From Gemmatimonadota bacterium (GTDB lineage: Bacteria; JBHIER01; G020348925), in assembly GCA_020348925.1 (NCBI GenBank), contig CP070758.1:2929688-2993687 (forward strand): 64,000 bases of DNA, read 5' to 3'. Positions 11,417-21,515 of the stretch are shown here, one piece after another (position 1 is the first letter of the stretch; each line of letters begins with the position of its first letter). The position numbers were made by a program, and so were the translations under genes. The notes below the pieces were generated by a model, which did not search any database, was not told the origin of the DNA, and worked only from the letters and a program-made list of their open reading frames with translations.

Positions 11417-11445
11417 TTGACTTGTGACCGGTGAATATGTATACT
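11417..11445 (+). promoter_or_regulatory. Sigma70-like promoter
   Basis: TTGACT-17 nt-TATACT in the divergent intergenic region. Confidence 0.5.
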
Positions 11446-11988
11446 TAGGTTTCGTTTGACATTCAAACGGTGTTCTCAGGAGAAAAAATTTGAGGAAGAT
11501 ACACATATATTGTGTTCTCGGCATCTTTTTCCATCCTTTCATTGATCATACAGGAGTAGGACCACATCCTCCGTTTCAAACTGCTCCCTTTGAGATGAGG
11601 GTGATTGAGCAAGGGGAGGGAGCGGGGGACGGTAGGACTATCCAAAGTGTGGATCGATTTCGATGAGCAGAAATATACTGCGGAGATGGAGAGGACCGGG
11701 CCTGATGGTACGGATGAACTTCAGGAGATAAGGGTTTTGTTCTCAATGTATTACGAAGTTCGCACGTAAATCAGGAAAGGAACCGATTTTCCTCTGAAAA
11801 CAATCCTCGATCAGGGAAGCATGAAGAACATGACAGAGATTTGATACATCGCGGTGAATGTGAACATTGCCGGGCGGGTCTTCAACGTGCCGAAGGATTC
11901 TTCTTTCATAATAACGGTATATTGTAGACTGCCCACAACGTGTTCGCTTCTCTGCCACACAAGAAATCTAACAAAAGGAGAGTTACTC

Positions 11989-12435
11989 ATGGAAACACGA
12001 ATCGAAGAGCTTGAAAAGAGGCTCGAGGCGGAACCGGAAAATGTTGATGTGATGGTTGAATTGGCTTCTCTGTATGGGGAACGGAACGAGATACGGAAGG
12101 CGGTTGATCTCCTGGAGCAAATCCTCGGTATCGATCCGGAAAACACCACCGCCCATTACAACTTGGGAGTGTGCTACTTTAAAGTGCTCAAGAGTGACCT
12201 TGAGGTTTCAGAAATTTGGGAGGATAAAGCCGACGATGAGGAGTTTTTTGAGTTGGCCATCGTCGCTTTTCAGAGGGCGCTCGAGCTTGATTCCGAGTTT
12301 GTCGAGGCGTACAACAATTTAGGGACACTCTATGCTCTCAGGGGTTGGAACGAGGAGGCAAAGGAACAGTGGAAACGCTCCCTGGAACTGAACTCGAATC
12401 AACCGGAAATTCGTGAGAATTTAGCCAATCTGTAA
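11989..12435 (+). CDS. TPR-repeat protein
   Basis: AHYNLG and AYNNLG TPR motifs. ATG at 11989 follows AAGGAG. Confidence 0.85.
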   Translation: METRIEELEKRLEAEPENVDVMVELASLYGERNEIRKAVDLLEQILGIDPENTTAHYNLGVCYFKVLKSDLEVSEIWEDKADDEEFFELAIVAFQRALELDSEFVEAYNNLGTLYALRGWNEEAKEQWKRSLELNSNQPEIRENLANL

Positions 12436-12474
12436 CGGTTGGTGCGACCTTTCCGAAATACGTAAGGGGCTCGA

Positions 12475-14496
12475 ATGGGGAACGAGAACGAGATCTGTCT
12501 ACCGGAAAATGCCAGGCGGGAGCTGAAGGAGGGTGAACACTACAGCCCGATCATCACTGCCGAACGGGGTGTGGTGGAGGTGACGGTTCGGTCGATTGTA
12601 TTCGGGCTGTGTATGGCCGTCCTCTTTTCTGGAGCGGCAGCCTATATCGCTCTCAAACTGGGTCAGGGCATCGAGACGGCTATTCCTATTGCGATCCTGG
12701 CCATCGGATGTTCAGCCCTCCTCGCTCGAAAGAGCACACTCATTGAAAATGTGAACATTCTTTCCATTGGGGCGACCTCTGGAATCATTGTCGGCGGTTC
12801 GGTCTTCACCATGCCGGCCATCTATATCTTGGGGATCGAGAATCTCTCCAGTTTTTTTCAAATCTTCGTCGTGCCCCTCTTTGGGGCGGTTCTCGGGGTT
12901 TTGTTCTTAATTCCTTTTCGGCGCTACTTCGTGGCGGATATGCACGGGAAGCTCCCCTTCCCCGAGGCGACGGCTACGGCGGAAGTGTTGGTGACCGGGG
13001 AACGGGGGGGCAAACAAGCGAAGGTCTTGGCCTACGCCATGGCGATCGGTGCGGTCTTCGATTTTCTGGGACCTTCCATGCATGCCTGGGCCGAGAGTTT
13101 CACGACAGCCATGATTGGAGGTTTGTCAGCCGTCACCCACAGGGTGAAGGCGGTCTTCAGTCTGAACACGTCAGCGGCCATCTGTGGGCTCGGCTACCTC
13201 ATCGGCGTCCGTTATGCTGCCATCATAGTGGCAGGGTCCTTGATGTCGTGGTTCGTTCTCGTGCCCCTTTTCGCCCACCTTGGGAATTACATTGCCGGAC
13301 CGATCACGGAGGGAGCGGAACCTCTGTCCCAGATGCCTGCAGAAGATATCTTTTACAATTATGCCCGCTACGTCGGTATCGGTGGTATTTTTGCCGCCGG
13401 ACTCATCTCCATTCTCAAGATGTCGTCCGTGATCATGAAGGCCTTTCGTCAGGCTTTCGGAGAGATCTTTCGCCATCGAGCGCAGACGCGCGAAAAGACC
13501 ACAACAACCAGGGTTGACCGGGATATGAACATAACGACGGTCTTTGGCATGATCTTCGGCGTCGCTGTTCTGCTGTGGTTCTATTTTCGTTTCGTTGTTC
13601 TTGGAAATCAAGCGAATCCGACCACCCTCTCGATCGTCGCTATAGCCATCACCCTTGTCATCGCCTTTCTCTTTGCCGCTGTGTCAGCCTGGGCCATCGC
13701 CATGATCAGCGTCACGCCTATTTCAGGCATGACGCTGAGGACGTTGATTGTTACGGCCGTGCTCTTCTCTCAACTCGGACTCCGTGGTCCCACTGGAATG
13801 TTGGCGACGCTCCTTGTGGGAGGTGTGGTCTGTACGGCTTTATCCATGACGGGTACGCTTGTGACGGAGTTTAAAATCGCTTACTGGCTCGGAGCAACGC
13901 CCCGGACGATTCAATGGAGCAACATACTTGCCGCGGCCGTCTCTTCTGTAACAGTGACGGCCGTTATTATCCTGTTGGCCAAGGTGTACGGCTTTGCTCC
14001 ATCCCTCCATCATCCGACCCCCATGCCGGCACCGCAGCCCAATGCCATGGCCGCTGTTCTTTCCAGTCTCATGGGCGGAGGGAAAGCACCATGGTTTTTG
14101 TACGGCATCGGTGTCGTCTTTGCCGTTATTGTTGAAATGGTCGGGGTGTCCGGTCTTGCGTTCGCGCTCGGTATGTATTTGCCTATGGAGCTCAACTCCC
14201 CGATCTTGGTCGGTGCGATTGTGGCCTGGCTGGTCAAAAAATCGAGCACAGACGAGAGCATCTCCAAAGCTCGCCACGATAGGGGATTGCTGATCGCCTC
14301 GGGATTGATCGCCGGAGGGGCCATCATCGGTGTTGTGGCAGCCCTCCTCAAATTTTTCGAGGACAAGTACAGGACGCTCCTTATTCCCGATTTCAACAAT
14401 GTCGGTTCCGCCGGAAATTGGCTCGGACTGGTCGTATTCGTCCTCCTGTGTGTCTATATTTACTGGGATGCGCACCGGGAGGCCAGGGAAGCTTAA
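12475..14496 (+). CDS. OPT-family oligopeptide transporter
   Basis: Many TM helices and OPT motifs (EVTVRS, AIPIAIL, LPFPEATATAEVL, TPISGM, PAPQ). Confidence 0.92.
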   Translation: MGNENEICLPENARRELKEGEHYSPIITAERGVVEVTVRSIVFGLCMAVLFSGAAAYIALKLGQGIETAIPIAILAIGCSALLARKSTLIENVNILSIGATSGIIVGGSVFTMPAIYILGIENLSSFFQIFVVPLFGAVLGVLFLIPFRRYFVADMHGKLPFPEATATAEVLVTGERGGKQAKVLAYAMAIGAVFDFLGPSMHAWAESFTTAMIGGLSAVTHRVKAVFSLNTSAAICGLGYLIGVRYAAIIVAGSLMSWFVLVPLFAHLGNYIAGPITEGAEPLSQMPAEDIFYNYARYVGIGGIFAAGLISILKMSSVIMKAFRQAFGEIFRHRAQTREKTTTTRVDRDMNITTVFGMIFGVAVLLWFYFRFVVLGNQANPTTLSIVAIAITLVIAFLFAAVSAWAIAMISVTPISGMTLRTLIVTAVLFSQLGLRGPTGMLATLLVGGVVCTALSMTGTLVTEFKIAYWLGATPRTIQWSNILAAAVSSVTVTAVIILLAKVYGFAPSLHHPTPMPAPQPNAMAAVLSSLMGGGKAPWFLYGIGVVFAVIVEMVGVSGLAFALGMYLPMELNSPILVGAIVAWLVKKSSTDESISKARHDRGLLIASGLIAGGAIIGVVAALLKFFEDKYRTLLIPDFNNVGSAGNWLGLVVFVLLCVYIYWDAHREAREA

Positions 14497-14846
14497 CCGA
14501 AGAGAATGGTCCTTCAACAGCCCTATAAAGAGAAAGGGGAGCAACAAGTCTCAAGGGAAAACCCTCGTCCCTGGGCGGACAATGTGACCTCCCCCTTGAC
14601 GTGCGCTGAAGCAACGGTTCACCTTGGTCCAAGGGCGCAAATCAGTGAGAGTATGTTTTTCAAGGAACAATCTTGCCTTTTCTTTATGTAGTGCAAAGGC
14701 TTAGATTTTAAAAAATAGTCCTTGCGTCCGCTCAAGATGTGTCTTATCTTGACGTCTCGAAATGAAGGCAACAGCTTTTTTCTGATTGGGTTAGATGATG
14801 TCATGGGTGATATGGATGAACCAGGAGTGAAGTTGCCAGGGATTCG

Positions 14847-15365
14847 ATGATGCGCACACCAAAGAATTGTACGAAAGAGGAACTCCTTGAACTTCTGAGA
14901 GATGCAGCCAAAAATTGGTTGGCCCACGATGGCTTATGGTTCCTGGAAGTTGAGCATGATGCCGATCTGGAGACCGCTCTGGAGCTTGACCGGAACGCCT
15001 GGGAGAAATTTACGGTCATAGAAGCCAGACGGATCATGGAGAGGCTCCGTCTGGAGTCGGGGGGTGGCATTCCTGCTCTCACAGAGGCCTTAGGTTTTCG
15101 GCTGTACGCTTATATCAATGAGCAGGCGATCACCGAGGTGACCGACTCGCGCTGCATCTTCACCATGAAGTCCTGCCGGGTGCAGACGGCGCGGAAGAGA
15201 AAGGGCTTGCCTGACTTCCCCTGCAAGCCAATCGGCATCGTCGAATATTCCGGTTTCGCCAAAACTATCGATCCTCGTCTCGAGACGAGATGTATTGTCT
15301 GTCCTCCTGACGAGCATCCGGACAGCCTGTGGTGTTCGTGGGAATTTACTCTGCGTGGTTCGTGA
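14847..15365 (+). CDS. DUF6125-like protein
   Basis: WLAHDGLWF, CRVQ.AR.RKG, PCKP and CPPD motifs. Confidence 0.75.
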   Translation: MMRTPKNCTKEELLELLRDAAKNWLAHDGLWFLEVEHDADLETALELDRNAWEKFTVIEARRIMERLRLESGGGIPALTEALGFRLYAYINEQAITEVTDSRCIFTMKSCRVQTARKRKGLPDFPCKPIGIVEYSGFAKTIDPRLETRCIVCPPDEHPDSLWCSWEFTLRGS

Positions 15366-15367
15366 TT

Positions 15368-16033
15368 ATGAGAGGGAAAAACTTTATTCGATTTCGAGCA
15401 CTGATCCTTGTTGCGGTATGCTCAGGGGTGTGGGGCTGCCCGCAGAGTGTGAAGGCCCAATGGAAAGTGGGCGCTGATCTTGTTGTAGCCATCCCAATGG
15501 CTGAGTTTACCGAAGTGACGGATACCGGAACAGGCCTTGAACTGAAGGGACACTATGGGTTGCGCAATCTTCCAAATGTGTCCCTGGGCGCCGATGCAAT
15601 CTTCATTACGTATCAGTATGAACCATACTTTGAGCCAGGTTTTATGGTTGAGACGCGTACCCAGTCGATCCGATTCACCCTGGGTCCGCAGCTCTCGGCG
15701 TACTATCGGCGGACTGAGCTGTATCTGTCCGCCAAGTATGGGCTCTATTACTTTTACACCCACGACGATATATTCGATGGCTTCGGAATCTGGCTGACGA
15801 GAACGCGGAACAGCAACACCGAGTTCGGTTGGAACGTGACAAGCGGCCTCGTCGTCGGTATTGCCCGCATGCCGAAAAAGAACTTCGATCTTGCCGTACA
15901 TGTCGGAGGATCATGGCATGTGGTTCGTGACGGTTTCAAGACTGTGATTGAAACCGAGGGGGATCCCATCGATGTCAGGCGGGATATTGAGGAGTTCTGC
16001 ATTCATGCAGGTCTTGTGTTTCTCTTTCGGTAG
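15368..16033 (+). CDS. Outer-membrane beta-barrel protein
   Basis: Signal peptide ending VKA-Q, amphipathic strands and a C-terminal GLVFLFR. Confidence 0.7.
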   Translation: MRGKNFIRFRALILVAVCSGVWGCPQSVKAQWKVGADLVVAIPMAEFTEVTDTGTGLELKGHYGLRNLPNVSLGADAIFITYQYEPYFEPGFMVETRTQSIRFTLGPQLSAYYRRTELYLSAKYGLYYFYTHDDIFDGFGIWLTRTRNSNTEFGWNVTSGLVVGIARMPKKNFDLAVHVGGSWHVVRDGFKTVIETEGDPIDVRRDIEEFCIHAGLVFLFR

Positions 16034-16086
16034 GGATGGCATCCATACGTCTGAAGATCCACTGATGGAGCGCGGAGGAGAGTTTC

Positions 16087-17061
16087 ATGGATGATTTGAA
16101 ACGTTCAGCCCTCATTGCCGTGAAGGATTGTATGGGGCTCAAGCCCGGTGAGACATTCCTGGTTATTACCGACGAACCATTGCGCAACATAGGGTACGCC
16201 TTGTGGGAAGCGGGGATCGGGCTGGGAGCAGAATCGATGCTTGTGGAGATGATTCCGAGACCGGGACACGGTCAAGATCCACCCTCGGCTGTCGCCGAGA
16301 TGATGAAGATGGTGGATGTCGTACTCTGTCCGACATCCAAGTCGTTGACCCACACGAAGGCCCGTCGTGAGGCTTGTGAAGCCGGGGCAAGGATCGGGAC
16401 GTTGCCAGGTATTACGGTGGAAGTGATGGCTCGAACCTTATCAGCTGACTATCACGCCATCGCTGACCGGACGAGGCACGTGTGCGAAGTTGTTGGGGGT
16501 GGAAGAAGCGTTCGCCTCACCGCGCCCAACGGCACCGATCTGACGATGTCCATTGAGGGACGCGACTGTATTGCCAGCACAGGACTCATCCTCAACCCCG
16601 GTGATTTTGGCAATCTGCCGTCGGGGGAAGCCTACCTGGCTCCTGTCGAAGGAACGGCCAACGGTGTTTTCGTCGTCGATGGATCCTTTGCAGGGGTGGG
16701 TGTGGTTGAAGAGCCTCTGAAATTGGAGGTGAAGGATGGTTTTGTGACGAGCATATCGGGTGGTGAGGAAGCCGAAAAACTGAGGAGACTCTTGGAGCCC
16801 CACGGTCGAGACGCATTCAATATCGCGGAGCTGGGTATTGGAACAAACGATGCGGCTCAGATCAGTGGAATTCTCCTGGAGGACGAAAAAGTCGCCGGCA
16901 CGGTCCATATTGCCGTGGGCAACAACGCCTCAATGGGTGGATCCGTTACTGTGCCGGTTCATTTGGATGGTGTCATAAAGGGCCCGACACTGTCCGTTGA
17001 TGATCAGGTGATTATGAAGGATGGGAAATTGCTCATTTCTTTGGAACGATCACTTACGTGA
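16087..17061 (+). CDS. M29-like (aminopeptidase T family) metallo-aminopeptidase
   Basis: NLPSGE, IAELGIGTN and EDEKVAGTVHIAVG motifs. Confidence 0.88.
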   Translation: MDDLKRSALIAVKDCMGLKPGETFLVITDEPLRNIGYALWEAGIGLGAESMLVEMIPRPGHGQDPPSAVAEMMKMVDVVLCPTSKSLTHTKARREACEAGARIGTLPGITVEVMARTLSADYHAIADRTRHVCEVVGGGRSVRLTAPNGTDLTMSIEGRDCIASTGLILNPGDFGNLPSGEAYLAPVEGTANGVFVVDGSFAGVGVVEEPLKLEVKDGFVTSISGGEEAEKLRRLLEPHGRDAFNIAELGIGTNDAAQISGILLEDEKVAGTVHIAVGNNASMGGSVTVPVHLDGVIKGPTLSVDDQVIMKDGKLLISLERSLT

Positions 17062-17188
17062 GGCGTTTCATTGGGCTGAGGCCTTGCTAAGGCTCGCAAG
17101 TGGAACGAGATTTCCGATCGCTTGAAAAGGGCGGATCTCGTTTAATGGTAATATGTTAGACTCAAGTATTAAGGCGGGTGATGTTCCA

Positions 17189-17401
17189 ATGGCAGTAAAG
17201 TCAGCCAGAGCGAGGAAAAGAGCAAAGCGATTATGTCTCATCTGTGGTCGATCGATTCCCCAGGCCAGGCTCAAGGTTTTGCCGGATACCGAAACCTGTG
17301 TGAGGTGCGCCTCTGTGGAGCGATATTCGAAGCTGGATGTACCGGACTATGCTTTTGCCCAGCATCCTGAGGCTTCGCGACCCGAAGACGATGACTCGTA
17401 G
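17189..17401 (+). CDS. TraR/DksA C4-type zinc-finger protein
   Basis: CLICGRSIPQARLKVLPDTETCVRCA. Confidence 0.8.
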   Translation: MAVKSARARKRAKRLCLICGRSIPQARLKVLPDTETCVRCASVERYSKLDVPDYAFAQHPEASRPEDDDS

Positions 17402-17504
17402 ATCGCTTTTGAGTTAAGGGGCGTCTCTCTGCCCTGAAACGGCTGATCCTTTTGATAATCGGTCTTGAAGGCCGTCCCATCCTCAACCACCAAAAACGAG
17501 ACCG

Positions 17505-19694
17505 ATGAAATTCCGATTCGAGAAACGTAAGAACGGTGGTTCCAGACCACCACTTTCAGAACTGGTGGTCTGGGCATTCTGTCTTGGTGTGATTTTCACA
17601 GGCCCCGTGATGTCCCAAGAGGGGAGTGGGCCAAAGATTGACGTGTCTCAGGAGATGTGGGACTTTGGCACCATTCGACGGGGTGAGGAAGTGACCTGTC
17701 CCCTTGTTATTGCAAACATGGGAAAAGGGACCTTGCATATCACACAGGTACGGAGCAGTTGCACCACCTGCAGTGTGGTGAAAGGGTACAAAGAAAGACT
17801 CGGACCGGGTGAGTCGACCGATGTCAAGGTGACTTTTCGGGCCGAGGGCAGAAAAGGGAGGATCACCAAGACAATCTATATCGATTCGAACGATCCTGAC
17901 CAGCCTCGGACAGTCTTTCGCGTTACAGGAATTGTCGAAAAGAGCGAAGCTCCCGAAATCGTCGTCGATCCCAACCCGTGGTACCCCGATTCCATTACGA
18001 CCGATCCGCGCAGCGGTGGAGAGCTCCTCATCACCAATGACGGTTTGACCGACCTCATCGTGAAAAAGATGGAGGCGGCGGGCTGTGTGGTCAAGGAGAC
18101 GTCAATACCTGCCATCGGCCCTGGGGATTCTGCTGTGGTGCATGTCTCGTTCAATCTGAAATCCATGGTATGGGAGGGTGAACGGTATGTGATGTTTCAT
18201 TCGAATGACCCCTACCAGCGGGAGCTGAAAGTAAAGATTAGGGGAGATGTGGTCTCGACTGGTTCCCAGGACACGACGCGCGTCTGTTCCCTGATTTTCC
18301 TGTCAAAGGACTGTACGGAGTGCGCCTATGTCATGAGTCAGGTCGTTGCTCCTTTGCAGAAGATGTATCCGGGGCTCCAGATCAGAACGATAGCCGTCGA
18401 TGATCCACACAACTACAATCTCTTGACGAACCTTGAAAAAAAGTACAAAGACACGAGTAACGAAATCCCTGTTCTATTCATCGATACCTTTGTCTTAGGG
18501 GGAAGAAAGGAGATCGAGAGGGATCTCGTGGGGCGAATTACAGGCTGTATTGAGAAGGGCGGATGTGCGTTTCCTGAATATGACGAGGAAAAGCCTTCCG
18601 GGCGGAAATCCGTGAAAAAACCGATTTACATGGCATATTTCTATCAGCCTGGTTGTAAGCAATGTGATCGCGTCAACCATATGTTGAAAAGTTTGCGAAA
18701 GCGTTATGAGAAGTTGCATATCAAAGAGTTCAATATCGGAACAATAGAGAATAAGCTCTTGAATGAATCAATCGGCGAGCTTTTAAAAGTACCGGATAAA
18801 AAGCGGCTGTTGACTCCGGCCTTGGTGGTTGGGGATCAGTACTTCGTTCAGCATGATATTACCGACCAGCGGGTCCAAAGTGCAGTCGAAGGCTTCCGGG
18901 ATACGGGGAGTATGTGCTCCTGGGATGAAGCAAAGGATCTCCAAGCTGAAGCCAAAATGAGCATCATTGAGCGTTTCAAAGCTTTTGGCCCAATCACTGT
19001 TCTCCTGGGCGGTCTCGTTGATGGGGTGAACCCCTGCGCGTTCGCAACAATAATCTTTTTTATATCATATCTTACCTATATCGGGCGCAAGGGGAAAGAT
19101 CTGCTTTACGTGGGTCTTGCTTTTACGGTGGCTGTTTTTATGACGTACCTTCTGGTCGGTTTCGGTATCTTTAATTTCATTCAGTCCCTGAAGATTTTCG
19201 ATGTTGTGAGCATGATCATCTATGTCGTAACCGCAGCCTTGGCGTTCATTCTTGGCACTTACAGTGTCTATGATATGCTGAAGATCAGACGAGGTCGCGT
19301 GAGTGAAATCACGCTTCAGCTGCCGAACTTTCTCAAAAAGCGTATCCATAAAACGATTCGGAAGAGAGCCAGAATGCGGCGTTACGTGTTGGCCGCGTTT
19401 ATCACCGGATGGATTGTGTCGCTGTTAGAATTGTTCTGTACGGGACAAGTGTATCTGCCCACGATTGCTTTTGTAACCGGTGTTCCCGAATTACGGCTCC
19501 ACGCCTTTTATTATCTAGTATTGTACAACCTCATGTTCGTTCTGCCTCTCTGCATTGTTTTTGGCCTGACGTACTACGGGACGACTTCGGAACAGATCGC
19601 CGGCTGGATGAAGCGACATATTATTGCAATGAAAGCAGCGTTGGCGATGTTCTTTTTCTGTCTTGGCGGATTTTTGTTGTCCGTCATTTTTTAA
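17505..19694 (+). CDS. Fusion of DUF1573-like Ig domains, two thioredoxin-like CxxC domains and a CcdA/DsbD-like membrane domain
   Basis: WDFGTI..SSCTTC..SNDP (DUF1573-like); CTEC and CKQC motifs; membrane domain with DGVNPCAF and ELFCTGQVYLP. Confidence 0.8.
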   Translation: MKFRFEKRKNGGSRPPLSELVVWAFCLGVIFTGPVMSQEGSGPKIDVSQEMWDFGTIRRGEEVTCPLVIANMGKGTLHITQVRSSCTTCSVVKGYKERLGPGESTDVKVTFRAEGRKGRITKTIYIDSNDPDQPRTVFRVTGIVEKSEAPEIVVDPNPWYPDSITTDPRSGGELLITNDGLTDLIVKKMEAAGCVVKETSIPAIGPGDSAVVHVSFNLKSMVWEGERYVMFHSNDPYQRELKVKIRGDVVSTGSQDTTRVCSLIFLSKDCTECAYVMSQVVAPLQKMYPGLQIRTIAVDDPHNYNLLTNLEKKYKDTSNEIPVLFIDTFVLGGRKEIERDLVGRITGCIEKGGCAFPEYDEEKPSGRKSVKKPIYMAYFYQPGCKQCDRVNHMLKSLRKRYEKLHIKEFNIGTIENKLLNESIGELLKVPDKKRLLTPALVVGDQYFVQHDITDQRVQSAVEGFRDTGSMCSWDEAKDLQAEAKMSIIERFKAFGPITVLLGGLVDGVNPCAFATIIFFISYLTYIGRKGKDLLYVGLAFTVAVFMTYLLVGFGIFNFIQSLKIFDVVSMIIYVVTAALAFILGTYSVYDMLKIRRGRVSEITLQLPNFLKKRIHKTIRKRARMRRYVLAAFITGWIVSLLELFCTGQVYLPTIAFVTGVPELRLHAFYYLVLYNLMFVLPLCIVFGLTYYGTTSEQIAGWMKRHIIAMKAALAMFFFCLGGFLLSVIF

Positions 19695-19707
19695 GGGAGA
19701 TGAATCG

Positions 19708-20802
19708 ATGATGAATGTTCACCATAAAATATGCGTGGCCTTCCTGTGCACTTGGTTCTGGCTAATATTCTGTGCCCTTTCCCAGGGCCATTCCGATCCT
19801 CTTTTCGTGTCCAGAGCCGATACGACGGGGTGTGAGGGCAAGTGGTTGATATTTTCGATATACGCCGATGCCCTCTTTCCGGATGACGAGCTGGAGTTCG
19901 ATATGGAGAGTGCCCCTGAAGGGGCACTGCTTGAAAACCTTGGTAAATGTGGGTGACCGGTGAGCTCTATCCGCTGGGAGGCGGAATTCACGCTTCAAGG
20001 GCAAGATGCAGTTGCCGGTTTATACGAAGTCGTTTTTTATGTTTTCGATCAGTATGGAGGAATGGATAGCCATACCATGTCCATTGAAATTGTAGGAGGT
20101 ACTCCCATTGCCGGATTTACGGGCTCTCCCCTCATCGGGTGTGTGCCTTTGAGGGTTGACTTTACGGATCAGTCCAGCATGAGTCCCACGAGTTGGTCGT
20201 GGAGCTTTGGTGATGAGGACTCGAGCAGCCAGGAGCATCCATCGCACACGTACAGTTTTCCCGGTACGTACGAGGTGACTTTATCCGTCAGGAACGTGTG
20301 CGGTTCGGATGATGAGATCAAAAACAATTATATCACCGTCGGTGCGGCTCCGGTGGCCGGGTTCTCCGGCTCTCCAACAGAGGGGTGTATGCCCTTGAGG
20401 GTGGACTTCATCGATGAGAGCAGCGGGAATGTGACCGGTTGGTCCTGGAGCTTCGGCGATGGGGATTCAAGCGCCCAGCAGAATCCGTCGCACACGTATG
20501 ACAGCCTTGGAACGTACACCGTTACTTTAATTGCAAGCAACACATGTGGCTCCGACGAGGAGAGTGCCCCGGCTTTCATCGTGGTCTCCTCCTGTGCAAT
20601 CCGGGGTGATGTGAACAGCGATGGGGATGTCGATCTTCTGGACATTATTACCACAGCCAATCACATACTGGGAATCGTGACCTTAGAGGGAGATGCCCTG
20701 TGGGCCGCCGATTGTAACGGTGACGGTGATATCGATCTTCTCGATCTTATTCGTATTGCCAATGTCATCTTAGGACTTGGATCATGTGCCCCCGTGGATT
20801 AA
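19708..20802 (+). CDS. Secreted Ig-like + 2 PKD + dockerin protein with in-frame UGA at 19954-19956 (probable selenocysteine, C-G-U)
   Basis: ORFs 19663..19956 and 19960..20802 are in frame. The cadherin/He_PIG-like Ig domain spans the stop. RBS and signal peptide exist only upstream of the TGA, and a hairpin follows it. Confidence 0.75.
19960..19991 (+). other. Putative bacterial SECIS element
   Basis: Upper stem TCCGCT/GGCGGA closes a GGGA loop that starts 19 nt after the UGA. Lower stem is GTGAG/TTCAC. Confidence 0.6.
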
Positions 20803-21515
20803 CAATTGACCCTCATCTGTGAAGCATTGAGGATTTTTAGATCCTTGCACTCGTCATGAGGGGTTCCCTCGTTCTCCAAGTGAATGATATTCTCAAAGGG
20901 TCTCTTGGATTTTGGGACAAGCACAGGATGGCCCGGAATGATCTCATATGAAAGGGGGGATCAATGCTCAAGGGCGTCATTTTATAACAGTTTTTGAACC
21001 CGAAAGAATTGTGTCGCACATGCATCGGCGTTCTGTCCCTGCAGCGGACTCCTTATCGAACGTTATGTGTTTAACGACCATCCTTTTTGATACTCCTGTC
21101 TTGTCACCGTAATATCACCCCGATTTTTCCTGACGTTGAGCGCCCTCATATTTCTTTATTGGCGTTCGAAAAATCTGTTATGATCAGTCCAAGTTTTCGG
21201 ACATGCGGAACTCTGTCGTTTGACAATTATTGAAATCAACAATAATTCAACTTGACAGAGGCCCTCGATTTGTATTTATTTAAGGCGAATTTTTAATTCT
21301 CAAACGGAACATATCACCCGTTGCGTTATAGCCATGCTTTGTTCCTAAATCGTTTCAATAAGTGTACGGTCTGAACTATGTCGACACTTGGGATGTCTCA
21401 GTCGAAACTGGCGAATGTCAAGAAATTTGAAAATGTACTGAATTTCCGAATAATATTCATGGAATCGTTTCTCCGTTTTTGTCTTGGTCGTACAGCGTTC
21501 ATGTTCTTGAGGAAC

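Noticed and set aside
20803-21000. Possible second fossil CTD after the dockerin (PG..GINAQGR)
   Set aside because: Similarity too short, and no NPFNP remnant.
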